Of a stretch of DNA of 64,000 bases, positions 45,472 to 60,042 are shown in pieces. Source of the stretch: Eledone cirrhosa (lineage: Eukaryota); NCBI GenBank assembly GCA_964016885.1, contig OZ024748.1, positions 31,744,001 to 31,808,000 on the forward strand. Direction: 5' to 3'. The position numbers and the translations under genes are program-made. Numbering within the stretch: position 1 is the first letter of the stretch; every line of letters begins with the position of its first letter. A model generated the notes under the pieces. That model was not told the origin of the DNA, did not search any database, and saw nothing but the letters and a program-made list of their open reading frames with translations.

Positions 45472-46077
45472 ATGTCAAGGAATTTACCTTCTAATACCAG
45501 AACAAGAACTCTCCCTCCCACAGTCCACAAAGGTCGTCAAATCCTACTCAAACCATCATCTACACCTCTCACAACACACACACCCACATACCCACCCACT
45601 CGAAACCCCATCATTTGCCGCTACTCTCTACGCTATAGAATATGTACGGATAGTGGCTGCAAATTCACTCATTTACCTAAGACAAAACGATCTATCCCCA
45701 CAAACAGCCACCACCATAATACATACTCTAATTTAACACCAACACAACCACCAATAACTCAAACAAGGAATCCACAAATCTGCCGCTTTTCCCTGCGAGA
45801 CAGATTGTGTTTAGACCGGGATTGACCCTTTACCCATCTCCCGGGGACCCGTCGGACAAATGAAAATAAAATTAAAAATAAAAGCAAAAACAAAAACCAT
45901 AACCTACATAAAAATAACCACTACCACAGTCACCAACAGTCTTCTAAACAGGAAACTTCTTCCTCTTTTTTAGCCATAATGAATCTGGCAAAAGAACTGG
46001 AAAAAAACATTCAAGCTATCACCCAGCACCACCCTCCACTATCACCCCACTGCACAAACTCCCATTGCTGCCATTAA
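45472..46077 (+). CDS. ORF1 (or its remnant) with two CCCH zinc fingers; in-frame TGA at 45823-45825
   Basis: CRYSLRYRIC-TDSG-C-KFT-H and CRFSLRDRLC-LDRD-*-PFT-H. The frame stays open to TAA 46075-46077. Confidence 0.65.
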
Positions 46078-49000
46078 CAAACAAACAAATTAACAACACA
46101 CCAAAACAATTCAAACCATCCACTCTCGCCTCTACATTTTTGCTTAACGCCCAAGGCATCAGCCCTTCCACCAATACTCAAAAATGGAAGATCAAATTCC
46201 TGGAGGACTGGATTGATGTCCATCCAAACCACATCCCTTTCTTCGTCCTCACTGAAACCCATCTCAGTAACCTCCACTTGGAAGCCGAGGTGAAAGTGAA
46301 AAATTTCAAAGCCAGCCGTGCTGATCGCGCTGGCAGAAGAAAGGGCGGAACTGCCATTTATGTCCATAATTCTTTCTCAACAGAGGCTATGAACATATTC
46401 ACTAATGGATACTGTGAAGCAGTCACTGTATTCAGTCAAACCAACAACCTAATAGTAGTTGGGCTCTATAGGCCACCCCAAACGCCTGTACCATGCTTCA
46501 AGGAATGCCTCAACAGCATAAAGTGTTTCATCCAAGAGTGTCACCCTGACAACATCTTAATGATGGGGGACTTCAACCTCCCCGGAGTTGACTGGTCCAC
46601 AAACAGCCTGCCACCAGGTTCTTCTGCCTCAACCTCTGACAGGGAAGCAGTGGAATCGCTTCTTGACTTCATGGATGATTTCTTCCTATCCCAACTGGTG
46701 CTCGAACCAACGAGGTGCCACAAAAACGTCCTAGACTTAATTTTCAGCAATCACACTGACAATATCCACAATATTGCAGTGGAGAAAACTCTACTCTCTG
46801 ATCATGACATGGTTCTCTGTGATCTGAGATTCCACCGTCCAATATACAAACCCAATGTCATCTCTCCTGTCCATCCGTTTGACGCTATGGATTTCCACAA
46901 TGCAAACTGGGAAGCGATCAGTCATGATCTTGCACATGTCGACTGGTCCTTCACGCACACTCATACACCCACTAACATCAAAAAGTCCTGGCAGACATTT
47001 GTGGACACTGTTACAAACATATGTGCTAAACACACCCCATTAAGAACTATAAACAAATCTAAGAGCAGAATCCCTAGAAATAGAAAAACGCTCATCAGAA
47101 AAACTAAGAGAACGAACAAAAAAATCAACAAGCTGAAATACTGTCAGCAGCAACACATCAACTTGACTGCCATTTCATCACTAGAGATTAAAAAACATAA
47201 CCTCCAAAACAACATAATGTCCCTCATCAACGATCAGAGAAGAGCTGAAGAGGCCTGGGCCATTGAGAAGATCAAACTCAATCCCAAAGTGTTCTTTTCA
47301 TTTGCAAAAAAACACAAAATCACTGGCTCTACTGTTGGCCCTCTAATTGATGAAAATGGCACTCTTCAAGACAATGCTAAAACCATGGGTGAGATACTGC
47401 AGAAACAATACTGCTCTGTTTTCAGCAATCCTGATATGGCCGATCTGGACTGTATCGGCGATGTTACTCCCCATTACACCTTATCGGACATAACGTTTGG
47501 CGCCCCTGATGTCTTGGCGGCAATAAAGGAAATCAAGCATAATTCAGCAGTAGGTCCCGATAGGTTCCCTGCTTGTGTCCTGAAGGCGTGTCAACACCAA
47601 CTTGCTTCTCCTCTTGCCAATCTGTGGCGGAACTCACTGGATGCTGGATATGTGCCAGAAAACCTTCTATCCCAGTCTGTTGTCCCAGTTTTCAAAAAGG
47701 GAAACAAATCCCTTGCCGTGAATTACCGTCCAATCTCACTCACCTCTCATATCATTAAGGTATTTGAGAGAGTGGTGAGATCGCGAATGACCCACTTCCT
47801 TGAGAGTAACAATATGCTGAACTCCAACCAGCATGGGTTCCGTAATGGAAGGGATTGCCTGACGCAGCTACTGCATCACTTTGATGACATTTTGAGAGCC
47901 TTGGGAGAGGGTTCCAACACTGATGTTATCTACCTTGATTTCAGCAAGGCCTTTGACAGGGTTGATCATAACATTCTACTGAGAAAGCTGTCCAATATTG
48001 GTGTCACTGGAAAGCTGCTGCAGTGGATCAAGAGCTTCCTGTCAAACAGAACCCAACATGTTGTAGTTGAAGGAGTCAAATCCAGCCCAGCCAAAGTCAG
48101 TAGTGGGGTCCCACAAGGCACTGTGTTGGGCCCACTTCTCTTCATCATCTATATTAATGACATCACTGACATCATCAAACACAGCAACATTAAAATTTTC
48201 GCTGATGATTCCAAGCTCCAAAAGGTCATCAATGGCGTGGATGACCGGATAAGCCTTCAGTCAGACCTACTGGCTGTTACCCAATGGGCGGAAAAGAACA
48301 ACATGTTACTGAACGAAGACAAATTCGAACTGATCCACTTTGGAAAAGAGGATGCTCTGAAACTCCCGTACTCCCTTCCCTCCGGGGAAACTCTCGTGGC
48401 ATCTAACAACATCAGAGACTTGGGAGTAACCGTGGACAGCAACATAAGCTGGACCACGCATATAAGCAGCAAAGTTGACATGGCCCGCAGAATGTGTTCC
48501 TGGATCCTCAGAACCTTCCAGTCGAGAGATTCCCACACCATTATCATTCTCTTCTCTACTTTTGCCCGACCACACCTTGAATACTGTTGTCCACTGTGGT
48601 CTCCCCACACGAAACAAAGTATCATGAAACTTGAAGCTCCTCAAAGGGCAATCACGAAAAAGATAGATGGCATGTCAGACCTTGACTACTGGGGTCGATT
48701 AGAAAACCTGAAACTTTACTCACTCCAACGTCGCCGTGAGCGTTATATTATCTGCATGATGTGGAAAATGTTTCATCATCACTGCCCAAATGATGTTGGC
48801 ATCGCCTTCAAGATACACCCAAGGCTTGGGCCCCGTGCTATCCGTCCCATTCAAAAATCTAAATCGCAACTCATAACAACAATACGGCACAATTATTTCA
48901 CCTCAATCGGCCCTGCTCTCTTCAACATCACACCAGGACACGTCAAAACAGAAACTGACCACACAAAATTCAAGAAGTCTTTGGACAAATTCCTCCAAGT

Positions 49001-49085
49001 AATCCCGGACAAACCACCCACACCCGGATATGTCTCCGCAAACAGTAATTCTCTTCTCGAATGGGCCATGGTGCCCAAATCCTGA
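46065..49085 (+). CDS. ORF2: apurinic endonuclease + reverse transcriptase
   Basis: LNAQG, LTETHL, YRPP, MGDFNLP, LDLIF, SDH; YRPISLTS, QHGFR, YLDFSKAFD, GVPQGTVLGP, FADD, DLGV. Uninterrupted 1006 codons with no ATG before the APE domain. Confidence 0.95.
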   Translation: MLPLTNKQINNTPKQFKPSTLASTFLLNAQGISPSTNTQKWKIKFLEDWIDVHPNHIPFFVLTETHLSNLHLEAEVKVKNFKASRADRAGRRKGGTAIYVHNSFSTEAMNIFTNGYCEAVTVFSQTNNLIVVGLYRPPQTPVPCFKECLNSIKCFIQECHPDNILMMGDFNLPGVDWSTNSLPPGSSASTSDREAVESLLDFMDDFFLSQLVLEPTRCHKNVLDLIFSNHTDNIHNIAVEKTLLSDHDMVLCDLRFHRPIYKPNVISPVHPFDAMDFHNANWEAISHDLAHVDWSFTHTHTPTNIKKSWQTFVDTVTNICAKHTPLRTINKSKSRIPRNRKTLIRKTKRTNKKINKLKYCQQQHINLTAISSLEIKKHNLQNNIMSLINDQRRAEEAWAIEKIKLNPKVFFSFAKKHKITGSTVGPLIDENGTLQDNAKTMGEILQKQYCSVFSNPDMADLDCIGDVTPHYTLSDITFGAPDVLAAIKEIKHNSAVGPDRFPACVLKACQHQLASPLANLWRNSLDAGYVPENLLSQSVVPVFKKGNKSLAVNYRPISLTSHIIKVFERVVRSRMTHFLESNNMLNSNQHGFRNGRDCLTQLLHHFDDILRALGEGSNTDVIYLDFSKAFDRVDHNILLRKLSNIGVTGKLLQWIKSFLSNRTQHVVVEGVKSSPAKVSSGVPQGTVLGPLLFIIYINDITDIIKHSNIKIFADDSKLQKVINGVDDRISLQSDLLAVTQWAEKNNMLLNEDKFELIHFGKEDALKLPYSLPSGETLVASNNIRDLGVTVDSNISWTTHISSKVDMARRMCSWILRTFQSRDSHTIIILFSTFARPHLEYCCPLWSPHTKQSIMKLEAPQRAITKKIDGMSDLDYWGRLENLKLYSLQRRRERYIICMMWKMFHHHCPNDVGIAFKIHPRLGPRAIRPIQKSKSQLITTIRHNYFTSIGPALFNITPGHVKTETDHTKFKKSLDKFLQVIPDKPPTPGYVSANSNSLLEWAMVPKS

Positions 49086-49321
49086 ATTGAAAGACTTCGC
49101 CAGGTGGTGCTATTAAGTTAGACATGGCCTGTGCCAATACTGGCCAAAACATTTCAAAGTTATTCAAAGTTATATAAATATATATATTGTATATATATAT
49201 ATATTGTATATATATATATTGTATATATATATATATATTGCATATATATATATTGTATATATATAAATATATTGTATATATATATTATATATATATATAT
49301 TGTATATATATATATAAAAAT

Positions 49322-49389
<68 letters not shown>

Positions 49390-49546
49390 ATATATATATA
49401 TATATATATTGTATATATATATATATATATATTGTATATATATATATTGTATATAATATACATATATATTCTATATATATATATTGTATAGATATATAGA
49501 TATATATATATTGTATATAATATATATATATATTGTATATATATAT

Positions 49547-49577
<31 letters not shown>

Positions 49578-49611
49578 TGTATATATATATATTGTATATA
49601 TATATATATAT

Positions 49612-49651
<40 letters not shown>

Positions 49652-49888
49652 ATATATATATATTGTATATATATATATATATATTGTATATATATATATA
49701 TATATATTGTATATATATATATTGTATATATATATATATATATATTGTTTATATATATATATATTGTATATATATATATATATATTGTATATATATATAT
49801 ATATTGTATACATATATATATATAAATATTGTATACATATATATATTGTAGATATATATATATATATATGGTATACATATATATATAT

Positions 49889-49990
<102 letters not shown>

Positions 49991-50009
49991 ATATATATAT
50001 ATCGTATAT

Positions 50010-50410
50010 ATATATATATTGTATATATATATATTGTATATATATATATATAATGTATATATACATATATTGTATATATATGTATATATTGTATATATAT
50101 AAATATATATATATATCTATTGTATATATTGTGTATATATATATATAAATATATATATTGTATATATATATGTTGTATATATATATATAGTGTATTTATA
50201 TATATATAATGTATATATATAGATATATATATATATATAGTATATATACATATATACTGTATATATATATTGTATATATATATATATATTGTATATATAT
50301 ATATATATTGTATATATATATTGTATATATACATTGTGTATATATATATAGTATAGATATATATATATATTGTATACTTATTTATATATATATATTGTAT
50401 ATATATATAT

Positions 50411-50452
<42 letters not shown>

Positions 50453-50640
50453 ATATATATATAAATATTGTATATATATATATATATAGTATATATATAT
50501 ATTTATTGTATATATATATATAATATATATATTGTAGATATATATATTTTATATATATATATAGTATTAATTGTTTATATATATATTGTATATATATATA
50601 TTATATTAATTGTATATATATATATTGTATATATATATAT

Positions 50641-50711
<71 letters not shown>

Positions 50712-50853
50712 TGTATATATATATATATTGTATATATATTGTATATTGTATATATATATTGTATATATATATATTGTATATATATTTTGTATATATACAT
50801 TGTATATATATATTGTATATATATATTGTATATATACATTGTGTATATATATA

Positions 50854-50894
<41 letters not shown>

Positions 50895-51267
50895 ATATAT
50901 ATATATATAATGTATATATACATATATTGTATATATATGTATATATTGTATATATATAAATATATATATATATCTATTGTATATATTGTGTATATATATA
51001 TATAAATATATATATTGTATATATATATGTTGTATATATATATATAGTGTATTTATATATATATAATGTATATATATAGATATATATATATATATAGTAT
51101 ATATACATATATACTGTATATATATATTGTATATATATATATATATTGTATATATATATATATATTGTATATATATATTGTATATATACATTGTGTATAT
51201 ATATATAGTATAGATATATATATATATTGTATACTTATTTATATATATATATTGTATATATATATAT

Positions 51268-51309
<42 letters not shown>

Positions 51310-51497
51310 ATATATATATAAATATTGTATATATATATATATATAGTATATATATATATTTATTGTATATATATATATAATATATATATTGTAGATATAT
51401 ATATTTTATATATATATATAGTATTAATTGTTTATATATATATTGTATATATATATATTATATTAATTGTATATATATATATTGTATATATATATAT

Positions 51498-51564
<67 letters not shown>

Positions 51565-51720
51565 TGTATATATATATATATTGTATATATATTGTATATT
51601 GTATATATATATTGTATATATATATATTGTATATATATTTTGTATATATACATTGTATATATATATTGTATATATATATTGTATATATACATTGTGTATA
51701 TATATAGTATATATATATAT
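50010..51720 (+). repeat. ~857-bp tandem duplication within the TA/TTG satellite
   Basis: Identical pseudo-ORFs at 50209 and 51066; matching pseudo-ORF starts at 50468 and 51325. Confidence 0.85.
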
Positions 51721-51768
51721 ATATTTTATTAATATTTATATATATATATTGTATATATAAATATATAT

Positions 51769-51806
<38 letters not shown>

Positions 51807-52066
51807 ATATATATATAAATATTGTATATATATATATATAGTATATATATATTTATTGTATATATATATATTGTATATATTGTATATATATATATTTTAT
51901 ATATATATATATATATTGTATTAATTGTTTATATATTGTATATATTAATATATATATATACATATATATATATATATTGCATATATATATATATATATAT
52001 ATATTGTATATATATATATCTATACATATATATATATATATTGTATATATATATATATATATATAT

Positions 52067-52133
<67 letters not shown>

Positions 52134-52399
52134 ATATATATATATTGTAAATATATATATATATTGTAAATATATATATATATATATATTGTATATAATA
52201 TATATATATTGTATATATATATATATATATTGTATATATATATATTGTATATATATATATATATATTGTATATATATATATATATATTGTATATATATAT
52301 ATATATTGTATATATATATATATATTGTATATATATATATTGTATATATATATATATATATATATATTGTATATATATATATTGTTTATATATATATAT

Positions 52400-52430
<31 letters not shown>

Positions 52431-52712
52431 TGTATATATATATATATAAATATTGTATACATATATATATATATATTGTATATATATATATATATATTGT
52501 ATATATATGTATAAATATTGTATACATATATATATATATATATATATATATTGTATATATATATATTGTATACATATATATATATATTGTATATATATAT
52601 ATTGTATATATATATATATATTGTATATATATATATATATTGTATATATATATAAATTGTATATATATATATATATTGTATATATATATATATATATATA
52701 TTGTATATATAT

Positions 52713-52780
<68 letters not shown>

Positions 52781-53658
52781 GACAAGGGGGAAGAAAAAAT
52801 GGCTTCACTTGTGCTTTCAACAAATTTATTTTCTTCACAAAATCCAAAAAGAATTTTTCTTAAAAAAAATTATTTTATAAATTAAGTTGTTGGTTGTTGG
52901 TTAGGTCTTAGGAGTTCTTGGTTAACGTAGGAGGTATTGTTTCGTTTTTAGAAAGACCTTTCACGCTGAGGTGCGCTTGTCAAACTGATGTGCATGTGGT
53001 GTGTTGTTCTATATATAGGGATTTAACATGTCTGTCGTGTGGTAGGGCTTTCTTTTCTCCCCCTTTAATAAGTGCATGGGTGTAGGTGTGTTGAAAAAGT
53101 GTTCATAGCAGTAATGAGTTGAGACGGTGAGTAGGGTTGGGTGGGGAGAAACTTAGCAAGTGCGGCCTGCCCCGGTCATTCTCGAAAAATTCCTTTATTC
53201 AGGGGAAAAAGCTTTTAGCATCGCTTTTGTGTTGAGAATGGTCACAGGCAAATCGCACCTGTCAAGCTTGTGAATAATTATTTTTTTCTTTTTTTCCTGA
53301 AGAATTTTTCTACGTCCATCCCAAAGTTAGTCCTTTGTTCAACACACACATATATATGTGTGCATATATTTACATACACACACGGGCATATGTAGGAACA
53401 TATAGGCACACACCATCAATCACACGCCCCTGTACAAATACACACACAAAAACATATAGAGACACATATAAAAACACATATACACATACGTACACACAAG
53501 AATATGTACACATACCTCCACATGGGTATATATATATATATATACACATATATACACACATACATACACATATACATACATACATATACATATATATATA
53601 TATATATAAATATATATACATACACATACACATGCACACACATACACACACACACATA

Positions 53659-53689
<31 letters not shown>

Positions 53690-53830
53690 ACACACACATA
53701 TATATATATATATACATATATACATATATATATATACATACATATATACATACATATACCTACATACACATACATACATATACACACATAAAGATACATA
53801 ACTAAATATACATATATACACACATACACG

Positions 53831-53893
<63 letters not shown>

Positions 53894-53957
53894 ACACACG
53901 CACGTGTGTACACACATACGCACGTGTGTACACACACACACGCACACACACACACAC

Positions 53958-54040
<83 letters not shown>

Positions 54041-54159
54041 TACATATATATATATATATACATATATACATACATATACCTACATACACATACATACATA
54101 TACACACATAAAGATACATAACTAAATATACATATATATACACATACACGCACACCCCT

Positions 54160-54961
54160 CACATACGAAAAGGAACATTCCCTTCAACATGGCAAGGCGC
54201 ATCTGCACTATAGCAACACACCCCGTACTACAAGAAAAAAGATTATGTGACCTGAAAAAATTCCTTAAAAAACAAGAATACCCGATGAAACTCATCAACG
54301 CAGCCATCTCCAAGGCTAAGAACATCCCAATAACCACACTGAGAAAACCAAAGCCACAACATAAAAAAGAAAACCCTGCTATCTCTTTTGTCATCACTCA
54401 CAACCCAGGGAACATCAACATTGTGAAAACTGCTAAGCTGTATCTCCCGATTCTACAGCAATCTACCAAAAAAACACACAGATAATTTATAGCAGACGCC
54501 AAGCAGCCAACCTTAAAAAACTAATTACCAAGGCAAAATTTACGACCAACATGGAATCAATGCAAGTGACGAAATGCGGGGACCCTAGATGTGGAACCTG
54601 TGAACGCATCGAAGAGGGCAAACAGTTGTCATTCAAAAACCATGATAATTTCAAGGTCAATGCTAACATGAACTGCAAAACGAAAAACCTAATGTATTGC
54701 GCAACATGTCCACAGTGTAAAGAGTATTACATTGGGGAAACCGGAACGGGATTACATGATAGAGTCCGGGTACATAAACAACAGATTAAAGACCCCACAG
54801 TCAGAAATACCACATGTAGCGCACGCTTTGCATCATGCGGGAAGGGAAAATTCACAATATTCCCTTTCTTCAAGATATGGTCGGATAACGAACATTTCCG
54901 CAGATATAAAGAAGAATTCTTCATTGAAAAATTTAAACCACTACTGAACACGAAAAAATGA
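54160..54961 (+). pseudogene. PLE thumb/linker + GIY-YIG EN (Neptune-like), frameshifted
   Basis: HTKRNIPFNMARRICTI, CGDPRCGTC, CKTKNLMYCATCPQCKEYYIGETG..LHDRVRVH, FKPLLN. Confidence 0.9.
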
Positions 54962-55142
54962 ATTAACACTCGGAGGTAAAATTCCATTTCACTACCCCCC
55001 CCCCCCTCTTCTTATGTGTACACATGAATATCTGAATGAACGGTGAGACACACACATATATGTGTGTAGGGATGTATGGATGTATGTACGTGTGGGTATA
55101 TATGTATGTGGGTGTGTGTATGTGTGTGTGTGTGTGTGTGTA

Positions 55143-55220
<78 letters not shown>

Positions 55221-55227
<7 letters not shown>

Positions 55228-56131
55228 GAGAGGTATAGAGATTGTTTTAGCAAGAAGCTAACGGCATTCTATAACATATATGCGACTATAACGTCAAGAT
55301 GGGAAAAGTAGTTAACGAAAGATTTAGGAAAAATAACTCAAACTCATCTCAAAAGAGAATCAGGATATAAATTCATCCACAGAATTTAGTAAAATCCAGG
55401 GAAAATCTATAGAACTTTAACTCATGATAAAATAAAGTTTGAAACACTTATCCTTCAATTTGGAATAACATCAAATGCTCTGTATAGTCTTAAAAGACTA
55501 TTTCATGAAAACTTTCAGTGGAGATGGTCACGGTTGGAATTTCAATCATCAGCAGAGCTCAACAGAAAACCAGGGCTCTCACAGTAATATAATCCGAAAA
55601 AGGGAATTCTAAAACTGGCTAGTTCGCCTTCATGTGTATTTATGAAAAAGCACATGAGGAAAAAACGGGGCTAGTGACGTCAGGATGGAAGTGAATGTTT
55701 ATTTACAAGAAATAGCAGTCAAATACATTCTGAAAAAAACTCTACAAAGGAGTTCAGCAAAATAGCAATATTATCACAGTTTTTATGAAAAAAACCGGGT
55801 TTAGTCACAGATAGTTTAAGCACTCTAGGAAAAGAATCCGAGTATAAATATAAATGAGAGGTATAGAGATTGTTTTAGCAAGAAGCTAACGGCATTCTAT
55901 AACATATATGCGACTATAACGTCAAGATGGGAAAAGTAGTTAACGAAAGATTTAGGAAAAATAACTCAAACTCATCTCAAAAGAGAATCAGGATATAAAT
56001 TCATCCACAGAATTTAGTAAAATCCAAGGAAAATCTATAGACCTTTAACTCATGATAAAATAAAGTTTGAAACACTTATCCTTCAATTTGGAATAACATC
56101 AAATGCTCTGTATAGTCTTAAAAGACTATTT
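55221..56131 (-). mobile_element. Retrozyme-like tandem, ~1.45 x 628-bp unit; HHR 55477-55558(-)
   Basis: taaatgagagg at 55223 and 55851. Reverse complement gctctg-CTGATGA...GAAA-tagtct..agacta-TA-cagagc. Confidence 0.88.
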
Positions 56132-56134
56132 ATA

Positions 56135-56187
<53 letters not shown>

Positions 56188-56419
56188 GGATAGATATGTA
56201 TGTTTATGTGTGTTTGTATGTATGTGTATGTACCTATATATATGTGTGTGTGTGTGTATGTATGTGCATATATGTACATATGTGTGTACATGTGTGTATG
56301 TTTCTGTTTGTGTATATGTATGTATGTATGTAGATGTATGTGCGTGTATGTGTGTGTATGTATATGTATGTGTATGTGTATGTGTATATGTGTCTTTATG
56401 TGCTCGTGTATACGCACAC

Positions 56420-56497
<78 letters not shown>

Positions 56498-56570
56498 ATG
56501 TGTGTATGTATGTATATGTGTGTATGTGTATATATATGTATATGTATGTGTATATATATGTATATGTATG

Positions 56571-56630
<60 letters not shown>

Positions 56631-56631
<1 letters not shown>

Positions 56632-56886
56632 CACAGAGGAGACTGAGGTTGGCTGGACATGCTCACCGACATCCAGAGTTGACATTGCACTCAGTGCTCC
56701 TTTGGGAGCCCCGACATGGGCACTCTAGAAGAGGAAGACCAAGGTTAACATATGTTGATGCCCTAAGGACAGACACTGGTCTGTTGGAGATGCAGGATAT
56801 GGCAGCGATAATGAGGGACAGAGACCGCTGGAGAGAACTCGTCCATGGATCTCGGGAATTTTACCCGCCTTAGATAGATAGATAGA
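56631..56886 (+). mobile_element. RTE-clade LINE 3' fragment with (TAGA)n tail
   Basis: RRLRLAGH...[18 protein letters not shown]...DRDRWR*, a typical RTE ORF C-terminus. Confidence 0.85.
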
Positions 56887-57166
56887 TATATATGTATGTA
56901 TGTATGTACATATATGTGTATGCATGTATTTGTGTATGTATGTACTTGTATGTGTATATGTATGTGTATGTGTATGTATGTGTATATATATACATATGTA
57001 TGTATATATATATATATGTGCATATGTATGTGTGTGTGTATATATATGTATATGGATATGTATGTATGTGTATATGTATGTGTATATGTGTGTATGTGTC
57101 TGTATGTATATATGTGTACATATGTGTATATGTATGTGTATGTATGTGTGTGTATATGTATATATA

Positions 57167-57254
<88 letters not shown>

Positions 57255-57281
57255 TATATATACATATAAAGAGAGAGGCAT

Positions 57282-57329
<48 letters not shown>

Positions 57330-57630
57330 GTGTGTGTGTGTGTGTATGCCTCTCTCTTTATATGTGCATACATATATATAGATGTATGGGTGTATGTGTG
57401 TGTATGTATGCATGTATGTGTAAATGGAGGGGTATATATACGGACATATGTACATGTGTGTGTGTGCGTGTGTGTGTGTACACACGTGCGTGTGTGTGTG
57501 TGTGTGTATGTGTGCGTGTATGTGTGTATATATGTATATTTAGTTATGTATCTTTATGTGTGTATATGTATGTATGTGTATGTAGGTATATGTATGTATA
57601 TATGTATGTATGTATATATATGTATATATG

Positions 57631-57729
<99 letters not shown>

Positions 57730-58391
57730 ATGTGTGTGTGTGTATGTGTGTGCATGTGTATGTCTACGTATATATATTTATATATATATATATGTATATG
57801 TATGTATGTATATGTGTATGTATGTGTGTATATATGTGTATATATATATATATACCCATGTGGAGGTATGTGTACATATTCGTGTGTGTACGTATGTGTA
57901 TATGTGTTTTTATATGTGTCTCTATATGTTTTTGTGTGTGTATTTGTACAGGGGTGTGTGATTGATGGTGCGTGCCTATATGTTCCTACATATGCCCGTG
58001 TGTGTATGTACATATATGCACACATATATATGTGTGTGTTGAACAAGGGACTAACTTTGGGATGGACGTAGACAAATTCTTCAGGAAAAAAAGAAAAAAA
58101 TAATTATTCACAAGCTTGACAGGTGCGATTTGCCTGTGACCATTCTCAACACAAAAGCGATGCTAAAAGCTTTTTCCCCTGAATAAAGGAATTTTTCGAG
58201 AATGACCGGGGTAGGCTGCACTTGCTAAGTTTCTCCCCACCCAACCCTACTCACCGTCTCAACTCATTACTGCTATGAACACGTTTTCAACACACCTACA
58301 CCCATGCACTTATTAAAGGGGGAGAAAAGAAACCCCTACCACACCACAGACATGTTAAATCCCTATATATAGAACAACACACCACATACAC

Positions 58392-58432
58392 ATCAGTTTG
58401 AAAAGCGCACCTCAGCGTGAAAGGTCTTTCTA
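58392..58432 (+). ncRNA. Candidate hammerhead, U3-A8 core (inverted copy ~52950-52988)
   Basis: TTGAAAA (TTGACAA in the other copy)-gcgc-acctca-gcgt-GAAA-ggtc-TT. Stem I is weak. Confidence 0.4.
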
Positions 58433-58636
58433 AAAACGAAACAATACCTCCTACGTTAACCAAGAACTCCTAAGACCTAACCAACAACCAACAACTTAAT
58501 TTATAAAATAATTTTTTTTAAGAAAAATTCTTTTTGGATTTTGTGAAGAAAATAAATTTGTTGAAAGCACAAGTGAAGCCATTTTTTCTTCCCCCTGTCT
58601 TAATATACCTAATAGTACCAAGGATTACACACATTT

Positions 58637-58673
<37 letters not shown>

Positions 58674-59095
58674 ATATATATATATATTGTATATATATAT
58701 ATATTGTATTTATATATAAATATTTTATATATATATATATTGTATATATATATATATATATTGTATATATATATATATTGTATATATATATATATATATA
58801 TTGTATATATATATGTATATATTGTATATATATATATATTGTATATATATATATATATATTGTGTATATATATATGTATATATATATATTATATATATAT
58901 ATATATATTGTATATATATATTGTATATATATATATATATTCTATATATATATTGTATATCTATATTGTATATATACATTGTGTATATAGATATAGTATA
59001 GATATAGATATATATTGTATACATATTTATATATATATATTGTATATATATATATATATTGTATATATATATATATATTGTATATATATATAAAT

Positions 59096-59137
<42 letters not shown>

Positions 59138-59270
59138 GTATATATATATATATTATATATATTGTATATATATATATATTTTATATATTTATATATATTG
59201 TATTAATTGTTTATATATATATTGTATATATATATATATTGTATTAATTGTATATATATATTGTATATAT

Positions 59271-59301
<31 letters not shown>

Positions 59302-59567
59302 ACCATATATATATATTGCGTATATATATATATATATTGTATATATATATTGTATATATACATTGTGTATATATATAGTATATATATATATATATTGTAT
59401 ACATATTTATATTTATATATTGTATATCTAAATATATATATTGTATATATATATATATATATATATATTGTATATATATATAAATATTGTATATATATAT
59501 ATATATATAGTATATGTATATATATTTATTGTATATATATATGTATAATGTATATATTGTATATATA

Positions 59568-59704
<137 letters not shown>

Positions 59705-59903
59705 ATATATATATATATTGTATATATATATATTGTAAATATATATATATTGTAAATATATATATATATTGTATATAATATATATATATATTGTATATAT
59801 ATATATATATATTGTATATATATATATCTATTGTATATATATATATATTGTATATATATATATATATATTGTATATATATATATATATTGTATATATATA
59901 TTG

Positions 59904-59942
<39 letters not shown>

Positions 59943-59958
59943 TGTATATATATATATT

Positions 59959-60042
<84 letters not shown>

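Larger units (their letters stand above)
45424..49172 (+). mobile_element. CR1/L2-group non-LTR retrotransposon
   Basis: Short ORF1, intact APE-RT ORF2, and a short 3' UTR ending in a tandem ttcaaagtta repeat. Confidence 0.92.
52778..58640 (+). mobile_element. 5'-truncated Neptune-like PLE with ~1.1-1.3-kb inverted ends (52778-~54155 / ~57450-58603) and nested insertions
   Basis: 52778-53345 is the reverse complement of ~58037-58603; ORF fragments at 54160-54961. Confidence 0.85.

Noticed and set aside
58130-58210. SECIS element
   Set aside because: The GA quartet is out of register with the helix, and the spacing to an apical AA does not fit.
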